Of a DNA stretch of 64,000 nucleotides, positions 41,364 to 55,622 are shown piece after piece. Where the stretch lies: assembly GCF_006345805.1 (NCBI RefSeq), contig NC_043017.1, positions 21,762,001 to 21,826,000 on the forward strand, read 5' to 3'. This DNA comes from Octopus sinensis. Lineage: Eukaryota. Positions within the stretch are counted from its first letter, which is position 1. Each line of letters starts with the position of its first letter. The translations under genes and the position numbers were made by a program. The notes below the pieces were generated by a model. That model made no database searches. It was given only the letters and a program-made list of their open reading frames with translations, and was not told where the DNA came from.

Positions 41364-43759
41364 TTATTATTAGGAGTGAGGTTGCTCCTCCAGAAGATAT
41401 AGAAGCAAAAATGGAAGGGTGCCATTGTTATCAAGTGAATGATATTTCAACAGATTGACAAGTTTATTTTTTGAACCTGTAATAATAATGGCACTCTTCT
41501 ATTTTTGCTTCTATTATTTTTATTATTATTATTACTATTATTATTATTATTATTATAGTAATGTAGTAAGCTGGCTGATGGGGAAAGACAGGTAGGCAAA
41601 AAAAATTCTGGTCTTCTGACACCATCAAGAACTGGACAGGTCACAAACACAACCACCCAGCTATGCATGGCAAAGAACAGAAGCCAGTAGTGACGGCTGA
41701 CTGCAAAGGCACCAAGAGTGGCACCCTAACAACTAATTGCGCCAGTTAAGGGAATTTAACGATGAATTTACATAGAATTTCTTGAAATTTTAAGAAATTC
41801 ACAAAGAAAAATAAATTAGATGTGTGAATTTTAGGTATCTTTTTCCTTACAACTCCTTAATTTCACATTCAAATTTTTAATCCCACTAAATATTACAATA
41901 AAAAAAAGATTCATAATCTCCCTTATAATACCCGTGATTACTAAGGGAATCACATGTTCAATCAAATCATTTTAAAAGAATCACTGTGACATGAAAATGT
42001 GAGATGTCTAATGGAAATTATAAACTTTCAGAAATGATATCATATCTACATTATAGTATTTTTATGACAGATATCATTATAAAGATATTATAACTGATCT
42101 CCATATAGCTGAAGAAAATCATTCAGAAAGCAATTGAAACATGATATAACTACCATGAGATATCTTAAGATAACGACACACTTCATTATCTTGAAATAAT
42201 GCATGCTTCATGAGTGTTGTTAACAATACCATTTGAATATAATTAGAGTTAATCAAAAAATTGTTCTAAATATAAATTGATATTTTGGTTATTTACATAA
42301 AGATATTTAAAGGTAATAAATACTTCATTTTGCAAGAAGAATTTAGAAATAATTAGAATATTATACATACACACAGATATACTCATACTTATTGCACATA
42401 CATACACATACACATACATACATATATCTGTGTGTGTGAAGCACAGCTGTCACTCACAAGTGTGAATTGCTTAGTAATATGAGCTATGCTTTCACTAAGT
42501 GTTTTTACAGGCCAGCGTAGACTATTGTCTCACCTCACTACTCACCTCTGACCAATAAAATATCCAGAACAGATGGAGAGCAGGTGGAGGAGAGAATTTC
42601 ACCAATGCTTACCTGCTAATCTCTTTATCGGCATCATTTAATGTCCACGTTCCATGCTGGCATGGGTGGGACGGTTTGTTTTTGGAGAAAAAGGCGGTGA
42701 GCTGGCAGAATCGTTAGCACGCCGAGCGAAATGCGTAGCCGTATTTCATCTGCCGTTACGTTCTGAGTTCAAATTCCGCCGAAGTCGACTTTGCCTTTCA
42801 TCCTTTTGGGGTCGATAAATTAAGTACCAGTTATGCACTAGGGTCGATGTAATCGACTTAATCCATTTGTCAGTCCTTGTTTGTCCTCTCTGTGTTTAGC
42901 CCCTTGTGGGTAGTAAAGAAATAGGTTTGTTGGAGAACTGGCAAACTACAGGGCTGCATTGTGTTCCAATGTCATTTTTGACATGGTTTCTACCACTGGA
43001 AACCCATCCTAATTAATACCAATAATTTTACTGAGTGTTCGAGATGCTTCTATACCTTTATTTTTTTTGTTCTTGTGCCACTGGCACTAACGAAGCAGCT
43101 GAGTAACTTTTAAGGTAGAAAATAACAAATAAGGAGGAGGAAGAAAAGGAGAAAAAAGCTCCTACTACTAAGAAGAAGTATTTGGAAGAGGAAGGTGGTG
43201 GTGAGGGGGCTGTGTTCCAGGTGTTGAAATGCTATCAATATGATAGAGAGGCAAGTACAGGTGTTTTGCTTTAGAGGAGATACATGACATAAAAGACTGG
43301 AATAAACACTCTTTTCTACCCTAGGCACAAGGGTGGGGGCAGTCAATTAGGTTGAACCCGGGACACAAGTGATGCTTAATTTATTTATCCTGAAAAGATC
43401 AAAGGTAAAGTTGACCTCGTTGGAATCGGAACTCAGAATGTAATGACAGACAAAATACCGCTAAGCATGTTGCCCAGCATGCTACCGTTTCTTATTTCTT
43501 TACTACCCACAAGGGGCTACACACTGAGGGGACAGACAAACGGCTTAATTTGATTACATCGACCCCAGTGCATAACTGGCACTTATTTAACTGGCACTTA
43601 TTTAATCGATCCCGAAAGGATGAAAGGCAAAGTTGACCTCGGTGGAATTTGAACTCAGAACGTAGCGGCAGACAAAACACCGCTAAGCATTTCGCCCGGC
43701 GTGCTAACCTTTCTGCCAGCTCCCTGCACTGAAGCTATAATATATTCTTTTCTACTCTA

Positions 43760-44040
43760 GGCACAAGAAGAAGGAGGAGGAGGAGGAGAAGAAGAAGAGA
43801 AAGAAAATGAAGAAGAAGGAGGAGGAGGAGGAAGAAGAGAAAGAGGAAGAAGAAGGAGGAGGAGGAGGAGAAGAAGAGAAAGAGGAAGAAGAAGAAGAAG
43901 GAGGAGGAGGAAGAGGGAGGAGGAGAAGAAGAGAAAGAGGAAGAAGAAGAAGAAGAAGAAGGAGGAGGAGGAAGAGGGAGGAGGAGAAGAAGAGAAAGAG
44001 GAAGAAGAAGACGACGATGACGACGATGATGATGAGGATA
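43760..44040. repeat. GAA/GGA purine tract with higher-order periodicity
   Basis: Directly visible. Confidence 0.9.
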
Positions 44041-45915
44041 ACAGTAATAGTGATGAGGGAAGACAACAGCTTGAATTGATGAATTATGAAGCAAGAGCTG
44101 AGCTAAGTTCCTCCAACCTTTTATTGCACAACAGTGTTATGGTAGACTTCTCCACCAAAGAAAGTCATCACAGCAAACTTAGTAGACGTTCTTATAATTG
44201 GTGATGCAAAGTATCTGCTGCTGCTACTGCCGCTGCTGCTTCTCTTGCTAATACACTAACAACAACAACAACAACAAAAATTGGAAATTCAATTTAGGAA
44301 ATTGATCTGGATTCTTATTTTATTTTTCCTGCAAGATTGAAGCTGAAGAGATAAATGTTTCTCTGACTTCTTCCCTCCCTTCCACACCATTTCTTTCTCT
44401 TACATATGTGTGTGTGTGTGTATACGTGTGTGTGTATATATTTATACCTACATACACACACACACACACACACATACATATATATGTATTTATAGCTTCA
44501 TATACATATATATAAGTATGTACATGTGTCTGTGTGTGCATTTATGCCTTCATATACATACATGCATAAATATCTATAATACATTAAAAATGAAGTTCAA
44601 TCTTGCTTGTTTGCTTTCTTGCCTGCTTGCTTGCAATGGTACACAGCCAAACTGGAGCATAATGGGAAAATACTTTAACCTTTCCATTAGACACAAAATG
44701 AGCAAAATGAGCAAAATATTCGAAGTGAAAATGACTTCAAAAATAGGGTAAATATTTCGTAAAAGACCCAATCGTAACCTCAGTGTAAAATAGTTTTTTT
44801 CCATAGGTTTCTTTTGAGTGCATTTAGTGTATCTTACATCCAAAGACTTGGTTGCTATTTCTAGCACGACCTACTACCACATAACAGCTATTTGTGATAA
44901 AGGACTCGAAATACCAGTTACATGGTTGCAGGGTGTGCAAGAAATAGCAACAAACTCTTTCCTTTTCTGGGGAAAGGAGCCATTTACATGTGATTTTGAT
45001 GTCACATTCATTGAAAGCATGCAAAATAATATGAAAAAGAAAAAATCCCACAAAACAAAATTCTATTGCTGGGAAACTCAGACTTCCCAGGTGGTCCAAT
45101 AGGTCATGGGTAGTCTAACATATATATATATATATTGGTGCAAAAGCTTATATAAAAATACCATTATTGTTATTTATAGGATATATATATATATATATGT
45201 CCTTCTTTATCAGAAATATATTATTCTTTTTCTTTCCTTATTTTCTCCTATCATCTACACCTTTACAATAACTCTAGCACATAATCTGCTCCCCTGTCTT
45301 TCTCTCCTTCTCTCTTTCTCTCCATATACATACATATCCACACACACACACATGCAACAACAATCTTCTCCATAATTTATTATTTAAGTGTCTCTCTGCC
45401 ATCTTATTTCATATCCATCTGTCTATCTATCTATCTATCTATCTATCTGCCTATCTCCCTTATTTTTCTTTGTCCTCTTTTTCTCCCACTCTCTCTATAA
45501 ATCCAGTTCTTGCTCCAATAACTCTCTCACTCTTTCCCCCATCCCTTTCATTCCCCCTCCCTCTCACTCTATCTCCCACTTTTATTCAGTCTCAATCATT
45601 CTGTTTTTACTTAGTTATTATTTTTTTCTAATTGTATTTTTCAATTAAAACCAATTTTCCAATGACAAACCTCTCAGAGGATCCAATACAAAAACAGCGA
45701 AGTGAAGATTATTCCTCAAGACATTTCTCCAACTCATTACTCACTTCACATATGATGGCAATTAATTAAAGATAAATAAATTTCAAGTAACTTTAACGAA
45801 CAAACAAACTAACAAACCAGACCACTATAATGATACGTTATGGTCAAATGATAATTGTTCTACTCTAAGGTTCAGAGAAGGTGCAAACAAATTAAGAACT
45901 TAGAAACAAACTCAC

Positions 45916-45948
45916 CCTATTTATGGGCTCAACGTCAGCCTGCCCCAT
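45916..45948 (-). CDS. Candidate first coding exon MGQADVEPINR (phase 0)
   Basis: ataATGG strong start context, in-frame upstream stop, 11 codons, donor AGG|gtgagt, in non-repeat sequence. Confidence 0.45.
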
Positions 45949-46070
45949 TATTTCAAATGGTTAACATGACAAATTTTTGATGAGGGTTCACCATGAACCT
46001 CATTAATAACTTCAAATTGGTTTTGATCTTGTTTTTGTTATTTTATTTATGGATATTATTTATGTGCAAG

Positions 46071-46628
46071 CACTAGCATAGCTGGGGTGGGTGGGTGTGG
46101 TTGGGGCGGTTCACCCAGGGGCGGCATTTTTAAAGGGACAGCACTTTTAATTCAGTTGTATACTACTGCTCTAGGCAATATGTGTTTATATATATATAAG
46201 CTATTACTGTATATACATACATACATATTTATATATATATATATACAAAAGAGATACCCGAAGAATAGGATACCTGACTTGCTAGAAAGAGCAGGAATTA
46301 CAACAATCGGTGGCTTGGAGTTTTAACTGCTCTTTCTAGCGAGTCAGATATCCTATTCTACAGGTATCACTTTTGTGTTTGAACGCACACTGTATTCTTC
46401 TCTGAATAACATATGGTCTATTGACTATTTTTTTCTTTCTTGCTAGACCACTGGTAACTAAGAATTTTTTGATGAATATTCTTGCTACCCTCAGATTTTA
46501 ATTAATGATAAAATATATATATATATATATGTAGGCTATTGCTGTAGGTAATGTGTGTTTTTTGTGAGCTCCAGAGGTGGCGAATGGAAGGGTCACCCCA
46601 GGCAGCACACATTCTAGCTACACTAGTG
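46071..46628. mobile_element. MITE with 8 bp TSD (hAT-like)
   Basis: Termini CACTAGCATAGCT...AGCTACACTAGTG; tgtgcaag duplicated at 46063-46070 and 46629-46636. Confidence 0.8.
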
Positions 46629-46993
46629 TGTGCAAGTATGGTAGTGTGGTTACGGATTAGGGTTAACCCTTACTCTAGCCCTCACTCTAACAATCGAGAG
46701 ATTAATACACTAAATACTATGCTACACATTTTCTAATATATATTATGTAGATATATTAACATTATTCAATATCCATTTTTCCATGCTTGCATGGGTCAGA
46801 TGGAATTTGTTGAAGCAGATTTTCTACAACCAGATGCCTATCCAGTTGCCCTCACCTGTTTCTAAGCAAGATAATGTCTCCCTAAGACCGGACATGTTTT
46901 CATGGAAGATTGGAAATGAATAGCACCACCTGCAAGACAGTCATATCTGTTTTATAATTACCATGTGATGTCAAAGCAAGGAGATAGTTACAC

Positions 46994-47032
<39 letters not shown>

Positions 47033-48018
47033 ACATACACACACACACAGAGGCTTTGTTTGGCCTGGGGCTATGGTAGATGACACTTGTCTGCATTGTC
47101 ATGCAGTGGAACTGAACCTGTGACCATGTGGTTGGGAAGCAAACTTCTTACCACATATATGTGCCATTGTGTATATATATGTATGAATGCATGTCTTTGT
47201 GTTTGTCCTCCAACACTGCTGGTGTTGGTTTGTTTATGGCCTATAACTTAGTAATTCAGCAAAAGATACTTACAGGAAAAATACCTGACTTAAAATGGAA
47301 CAATAAGTACTGGGGTCAATTTGTTTGACTAAAGCCCTTCAAGGAAGTGCCCCAGCTTGGCCTCAGTTCAAATACAGAATTAGTAAAAGATAAAAGGGAG
47401 ATTACTTTAGTAGAGTCAGCATGAAGAGTGATCCCCTTTGGGTATTTTCACTGAAGCAAGGATCATCTCTCTCGACTTTGAAATATTGCTTTTAGTTAAT
47501 AGATTTATCTCAGGTTGGCCCCACAAAAACATTTTAGCAAAAAATAATTAAATAAATAAATATAGATTGAAATAAAAAAAAACAGTAAAGAAAGAAACAA
47601 ACAAAAATTATTTAGATGAGATTATTAGGATTCTCTTGATGTGATGTGATGATGAGTAAATTGATAATGAAATTAAAACGTCAGTTGTAGACAGAATTAA
47701 TTCAGTTACCAGTTTTATTTTATAAGAACCATAGACAATGATGAGAGGAACAGTAACACAAACTTCAGGATTTGAATGACAATTTTTTAAAGAAATACAT
47801 GGCAGCTATTTAGCAGTGAACAAATTGCATTTCTTAAAGCCTATCTCACTGGCATATGGCTTTTTATATTTATGTTTTTGGAATCCCAAACAAAACAACA
47901 AAGAACAGCAAAAGCATATATAGTGATTCCATGCAATGAATTATAAGAGGGGAGACCGAAAGAATTAATGAAGACGAACCATGTTGTTGTTATTGTTGTT
48001 GCTGATTTTTATTTTATT

Positions 48019-48053
<35 letters not shown>

Positions 48054-48210
48054 TTTTAATTTGTGATGAAGGAAACTTGAAGAAAAACTCAATTAGTGAG
48101 ATGTGATCAATTTACTGAAACGAGTCACAAACTATTAAGTAGACATCGTAGCGTGGCCATCAGAATTGATTGTCGTTATATAAAAACCAAAAAAATGAAG
48201 TAATAATTAC

Positions 48211-48223
48211 CATATTTATTCAT
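48211..48223 (-). CDS. Possible very short first exon (ATG|gtaatt, or MNKY in phase 1)
   Basis: Minus strand ttcATGAATAAATATG|GTAATT in a repeat-poor segment. Confidence 0.15.
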
Positions 48224-48353
48224 GAATAAGTCACACTAGTTTATGCTTTATTTTAACTGGAAAAGAAAAGAAAAAGGGTGTGACTTATGCATGGGACACA
48301 GTTGATACCAAGTTTGAATATGAAGGACAAGAACTTTGCAGGAAAAATTAATA

Positions 48354-48399
48354 TTTGACCCATGTATATGTTAAGGGTACAACATATACATGGGTCAAA
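48354..48399. repeat. Perfect 19 bp stem hairpin
   Basis: TTTGACCCATGTATATGTT-aagggtac-AACATATACATGGGTCAAA. Confidence 0.9.
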
Positions 48400-48714
48400 G
48401 CTGATATAAAATTGAATATGAAAGGAGAAAATTTGGTACCAAGATTAGCATCGAAATAGGGGTACAACTTCCACCCAAGTTAAACTCCTCATTCTCATTA
48501 GTAAGTACCATAAGCAGGAGGAATCATTATCATGCCAGGCAAAATTCTTAGAGGCATTTTATCGATCCTTATGCTCTGAGTTCAAATTCTGTCAAAGTCA
48601 ACTTTGCCTTCCATCCTTTTCAGGGTCAATGACATATATACCAGTTGAACACTGGGGTCAATGTAATTGGCTGCCCCTTCTCACAAAATACTGGCTTTGT
48701 ACTAAGACTTGAAC

Positions 48715-48745
<31 letters not shown>

Positions 48746-49949
48746 GAGTGAGAGAGCAGTACATGCCATCAAAGTGACACTGGGGTAAAATATACGAAGC
48801 CCAGTATACCCATCATGACTACCCGTCTGATAAGGGTAAACCAGGCACATGAATCACAATCATATGTGCATGACATGGTGATCTCATATCAAGATAAACA
48901 GCGCATGATCTTGCAGGTGGGGCCCAGTTAGAATTTTCTTCAGGTCACATAGCCTATTCTGCTCAAAAGATCCCTGAGTAAGGGTTGTTTAAGGATGATG
49001 AACATAACAACCATGTTTCCAAAGATGAATTATCCAAACCCCAAAGAATCCCTCTCGATACATGGCAATGATGCTCCCCACTACTTCTGCTCATGTTCAG
49101 AGATGCACATATTGTCAGCCACCAAGAGACATGCTCAACTGGTTAAGGTCAAACAACTGACAAGCAAATTTGTCGTATTGAGCAGAATGTTTACTGAAGC
49201 CCATCTTTTATATAAGATAAAACATGTACATGATAACACTTCCAATCAGTTAAAATCAGAAGCCATGAGAGCCACTGCCTGGTGCTGCATCAGGGCAATG
49301 ACCTGTGACTGAGATATTTTGTGATGTGTTGTGCTTGCAAAGACCCATCAAGCCAGAGAAATCATAATTGTGGCCGTTGTTGGTGTCACATAAGTGGCAC
49401 CTGTGCTGGTGGCATGTAAAAACCATCTGTTGAGCATTGCGCCTCACACAGGCAATATGCTGATGCTGGTGTCACCGAAGTAGCAACCATACCGATGGCA
49501 CATAAACAGCACCTTTCAAGCACTGAGCCTCATGGAGGTAATGACAAATGACTGAGATCTTTGGGAATATGGTGTGCTTGAGAAGGGAGATCCATCAAGC
49601 CAAGTGAAATCATAGTTGTGGCAGAAACTGGTGTCACACAACTGGCACCCGTGCCAGTGGCATGTAAATGCTTCCGTTACACTCTCAGAGTGGTTGGTGT
49701 TAGGAAGGGCATCCTGCCATACAAACCATGCCAAATCGGTTTGGAATCTGGTGCAGCCCTCAGCTTACCAACCCCAGTCAAACAGTCTGATCTATGCCAT
49801 CATGGACAACATGATGTTAAATGATGATGTGATGATGATGATGATCATCATCATCATGATGATGGTGAAGAAGAACAGCAAAAGAATAATGAGTTACACA
49901 CAGGCACACACACAAACACACACACACATACATATGGATGTATGAATGG

Positions 49950-49955
49950 ATGCAT

Positions 49956-49990
<35 letters not shown>

Positions 49991-50037
49991 TAGATAGAAA
50001 GATAGATAGATAGATAGAGAGATAGAGAGATAGATAG

Positions 50038-50129
<92 letters not shown>

Positions 50130-50130
50130 G
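49950..50130. repeat. (TAGA)n microsatellite
   Basis: Directly visible. Confidence 0.95.
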
Positions 50131-50508
50131 CATGTATGTGTATGTGTGTGTGTGTTGTGATTTCTGTGTATACACCACATGTGGCAAAATAAAATTGATG
50201 TTATTGTTTATGTCATATAACCAAGCACATCAGCAAATAGAAACTAATAAAATAAGTGAAAGTCAGAGTTGATATGACCCTCAAAGGAATTGTTCCTGAA
50301 TGTTAATAGTGAAATTTCTAAAGCTGGGAGAAGAATAAAAGAATTGAAAAATACATAAAATTTGTTTGTATAATTTGGATATTTTTCCTTACTTTAACAT
50401 ATAATCTGCCTAAATAAAAATTTATGAATGTTATACAATTCCGGTCATTTCAAAGCTATTTATAAAAAATATAACAGAGACCCACAAGAACTCTTATTTG
50501 GTTTTAAC

Positions 50509-50817
50509 CAGTGGTTCCTAAAGTGGACGGTACTGTGGTGGAAAGATTCGGGGTAAGGAGCGTTGGAGATGCAGCATGGGGGTACATTGATGAAAAGTGA
50601 GGTGATAATGGTTTGGCCAAAAAGGGATGACGGGTGTAAAAACAAGGAAATAATGGGTTCATTAGGTTAAGTTTTATTTGTGAAATACAGTTGTTTCGAA
50701 TTTGCTGTAGAAAATGGTCAACATTTATGGTGGTGGTGGTGGTGGTTGGGGGGGGGGCTAGAAATGAGGCCTGGATGCCAAGAGGGCAGCAGCTTGTAAA
50801 GGGTTTGGGAACCCCTG
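50509..50817. mobile_element. hAT-type MITE
   Basis: TIRs CAGTGGTTCCTAAA...TTTGGGAACCCCTG; ttttaac on both flanks. Confidence 0.7.
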
Positions 50818-51215
50818 TTTTAACTGATGCTTATAGAATCTTCTCCATTTTGATAGTGGAAAAATTTCATGAATTTTGCTTCAAATAGAATTTAGTTAAA
50901 ACGACTTTAATGAAAGGCAATTTTACAACAGAGCGAGTGTTGTGATAGAGAGATGAGGATGTCTACTTTATGTCGCTCAAACTCCTCGATTCAAGGATTC
51001 TTCACTTGATAACTCTTAATCAATGCCTTCAGGGAAGTAACAATGAATGGAGAATGGAACCTCCCAGAAACATTCTCCCACATGAATAACTTCCTTGAAA
51101 GTAGGCTGCTTTTGTGTTGGTAACTGATAATACACTGGTTCTCAAAAGCCGATCACAAAGAGGAGCTTTCCAGAACATTCATTCAGTTTGGTACAAATAA
51201 CAAAAAACAACAATT

Positions 51216-51281
<66 letters not shown>

Positions 51282-51312
51282 CATATATATATATATACAT
51301 ATATATATATAC

Positions 51313-51343
<31 letters not shown>

Positions 51344-51628
51344 CATATATATACACATATATATACCATATATATATATATATATATACACATATATATA
51401 CACATATATATATATACATATATATACACATATATATAATATACATATATATATATATACATATATATTAACATATATATATACATTATATATATATACA
51501 TATATATATATACATATATATATATACATATATATATATATAGATATATATATATATATATACACATATATATATACATATATATATATATATTACATAT
51601 ATACATATATATATACGTATATATATAC

Positions 51629-51684
<56 letters not shown>

Positions 51685-51712
51685 CATCATCGGACGTTAA
51701 ACGATGATGATG

Positions 51713-51753
<41 letters not shown>

Positions 51754-51853
51754 CAATATATATATACATATATATATATACATATATTATATATATATAC
51801 ATATATATATACATATATATTATATATATATATACATATATATACATATATAC

Positions 51854-51890
<37 letters not shown>

Positions 51891-52427
51891 CTGGCAGTTT
51901 CCTCTCTCTCTCTCTCTCACACACAGATACACACATAGACACGCACACATACATACATACGTGCATTCATGCAGATACATTTGCACAAAAATGCATAAAT
52001 CAAAATGAATTTGTGACTAATATTATTCGAGATTTTGTATTTTTCGTATATATTTTGTGTTTGGGCCTGTCCCCATCGCTATCATTTTGACAACTGGTGT
52101 TGGTTCTTCTATGTCCTTGTAACTTAGCAGTTTGGCAAAAGACACTAATATAGACTTTCGAAAAAAAAAAGAAAAAAAAAAACTGAGTACTGGGATTAAT
52201 TTTGTTTGAGTAAAACCCTTCAAGGTTGTGCCCCAGCATGGTCACACCCCAGTGACTGAAACAAGTAAAAGAGGAAGGAAGACAAGATGACATAAACATT
52301 CATATTCACACACACACACACACGCAAACACACTCACACACACACACTCACGCACACACACAGAAACACACACGCACACAAACACACACACACAAACACA
52401 CACACACAGAAACACACACACACAGAA

Positions 52428-52458
<31 letters not shown>

Positions 52459-52564
52459 CACGCACACACACACATACAAACACACACACATACACACACA
52501 CTCATTTCTCTATCATTTTTACCATTCTGCATCAAATATAAACACAAAACCAACCAGAAATTCA

Positions 52565-52602
<38 letters not shown>

Positions 52603-53379
52603 TACACACACACATACATGCACACATTTTATCTGTAGAGTTAAGCAACAGTTGGACTAACATACAAATAGGATAACCATAAAACAGTGGCAATGTTATG
52701 CCTGAGAGATTCTAAACTAGTAAACACTGCCTCAACTCAAATGAGTCCCTTCAGAATATTAAGAGGAAGCTTCAGATTTTATGGTCTTCCAATATTTATG
52801 AAATCCATTATTTAAGAGTTGGTTACTTGTATTTAACTTAATAATCTCCCCTGGTAACAGACTGAAGTTTCTCTGTATTTACTATGAGGAAAGTGGATGG
52901 TTTGTAAGACTATGGTATTTCTGTAATAAATTATGCAAATGACCTCTTGTTGATCAGTAACTGTATTCTACAATTAAATGGAAGCTTAGTTTTGCTTTTC
53001 ATATCATATCATCTCTCTCTCTCTCTCCATATATATATATAAAAGGGTAAAGACCCCCTTCGGTCATGAATGACCATGGGATTGCACCTAGAAAGTTACC
53101 CTCCTAGACACAAGTCCGGGCAAGGTTGTTTATGGAAGACCAGCAGTCGTCCATGCATACCAGCCTCCTCTCTCCACGCCACCAGTGTTATCCAAGGGAA
53201 AGGCAAAGGGGCCGATACAGCTTGGCACCAGTGACGTCGCAACTCATTTCTACAGCTGAGTGAACTGGAGCAACGTGAAATAAAGTGCCTTGCTCAAGAA
53301 CACAACACGCAGCCCGGTCCGGGATTCGAGCTCACAACCTCACGATCGTAAGCTCGATGCTCTAACCACTGAGTCATGC

Positions 53380-53415
<36 letters not shown>

Positions 53416-53709
53416 GCATATATGGGTACAAGATGTCAGCAACTGTGCAACGACATGAAATACGTGAACAAATGAGTTAAATACGTAAAAAATGAGAGAT
53501 AAAAATGGAAAATAGGACAAGTAAACCTAGAGATAGGACACTTCATCGGTTGTTGGCTTTCTATCTACTCCTCGTTTTGAGCATTCAATGACAATATGAG
53601 TCTCCAAAGATAGCTGCTCCTATAAATTCTAAAATAAAATTTAGGATTTATGAAGGGTGAAAGTTGGGAACAAAAACAATCCCACCAGATAGAGAGAGGA
53701 AACATTTTT

Positions 53710-54447
53710 CCATGAAGTTCCCATCTCGGTTGTGGTTGAGCTTTTTCCCTTTTACCAAGCCACTGTTTACGACGTTTAATATTTCGATAGAAGATCCATT
53801 TTTCGTCACCAGTCACAAGTCTATCCAAAAAAGGTGAAATGAGTTCATGAGAATGGATAGAAGAGCAGATGTCAACTTGAGATTTGCAGTTGCTTTCAGA
53901 CAATTCATGAGGTACCCATTTTCCAAGTTTAGGAACCTTTCCAAGTTGTTGAAAATGATGATGAACAGTTGTATGGTTTGAACTAAGCTTTGTTGCCAAT
54001 TCTTCAACTGATGAGGCAGGATTTTCTTCAAGTAATGCCTCAAAGAGCTTATCATCAAACTCAACTGGATGTCCTGTTCGATCTTCATCTTTAAGGCTGA
54101 AATCTCCACTTCTGAATTTTGCAAACCATCTTCTGCAAGTTCTTTCATTCAAGCATTCTTTCCCATAAACTGAGTGTATGTTTTGAGTCACTTCAGCTGC
54201 AGAGTTTCATTTTTTGTACTCATAAAGCCTTATGTGCCTCAAATGCTCTTTGGATACTTTCATGTTAGAAAGGATTTTAATCAAAGAAATTTTAATTCTA
54301 TTATTCTGTAAAATAATATTTAATTAGTTTAAATGTACACAAAGGCATAAAAATAATCTTTAATTCTATTAGACATTCTAAAATACTATCAAGTTTCATT
54401 TAATTTTAAAAAAGGTAAAATCAGACAGAACTTATGGGATGACATGA
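53710..54447 (-). mobile_element. Mariner transposon, 5' half
   Basis: CRRWFAKFRSGDFSLKDEDRTG (HTH), WVPHEL linker and LVTGDEKW motif; TIR-like end next to TA near 54447. Confidence 0.9.
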
Positions 54448-54454
54448 TATATAT

Positions 54455-54790
54455 ATCATGATGATGATCATCATAATTGTTTAGCGTCCTTTTTCCATGC
54501 TGGCATGGATGGGACGGTTTGACTGAGGTCTGGGAATCCAGGAGACTGCACCAGGCTCCAGTCTGTCTTGCAATGTTTCTATATCTGGATGCCCTTCGTA
54601 ACACCAACCACTCCAAGAGTATAGGGGGTACTTTTTACGTGCCACCCACGTTTAGATGGTGCTTTTATGTGCCACCAGCATGGGAGCCAGAGGGGGCTGG
54701 TATCAACCACGTTTGGATGGTGCTTTTACGTGCCACCGGCATGGGAGCCGGAGGGGGCTGGCATCGACCATATTTGGATGGTGTTTTTTT
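54455..54790 (-). mobile_element. Family C VNTR repeat
   Basis: Reverse copy with units of about 30 and 61 bp. Confidence 0.75.
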
Positions 54791-54883
54791 GTGGTGTGTT
54801 TATGTCCCTGTAACTCTGCGACTAAAGGTACTGCTCCAGTATGGCTGAAAGAAATAAAAAATACATACATACACACATGCACA

Positions 54884-54931
<48 letters not shown>

Positions 54932-55576
54932 ATATATGCTTTCATGCACATGTGTGCCACCGATGTGTGCATTAGTTGTAGTATTTCAATTTAAAATCTT
55001 TTAGAAGGCTGGTTGAATACCTATCCATTGAGTGAATGTTTATCAATTTGATGATAACTCATTTATATATTTAATATTTTAATGTGTTTATTGTCAAGGT
55101 GAGAAATGAGTGAATGAACAATATGGTTAACTGAACAATAATATGTGCAAGTGCATGCATGTAGAAGAGAAAATGTATGGAGATGTGTAAGCATGTATCT
55201 ACACATGTAACTGTAGATGCGAATGTATGTGTCCCAAATGAGACAGATACACAAACACACACATATATATGTATATATTTGTATGTATGTATGTATGTAT
55301 GTATGTATGTATGTATGTATGTATGTATGTATGAAGCAGTGACATGAAAGGTAGTCAGCCATTGACACCGAGTGAAAGCAAGCAACAAATATATTCTTAG
55401 TGTTTTCCAATAATTCATGTAATTTTCTAATGGAGGTTTTGCAAAAATGTTATATCCTTCATTGCACAAACATGAAAAAAAAAAAAAAGAATTGAAATGA
55501 ATGAAAATGCAAACACCCATACTATCACAGATAGGTGTGTGTGTCTGTGAAGGTGTGCATTTCAAGAGTTTGTGTA

Positions 55577-55622
<46 letters not shown>

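Noticed and set aside
42546-42640. Two strong minus-strand donors
   Set aside because: One has no in-frame ATG; the other's ATG comes from a repeat tail and is phase 1. They may still be UTR exons.
44837-45099. 91-aa minus-strand ORF with a gtaaga donor
   Set aside because: No recognisable domain, no good acceptor, weak donor context.
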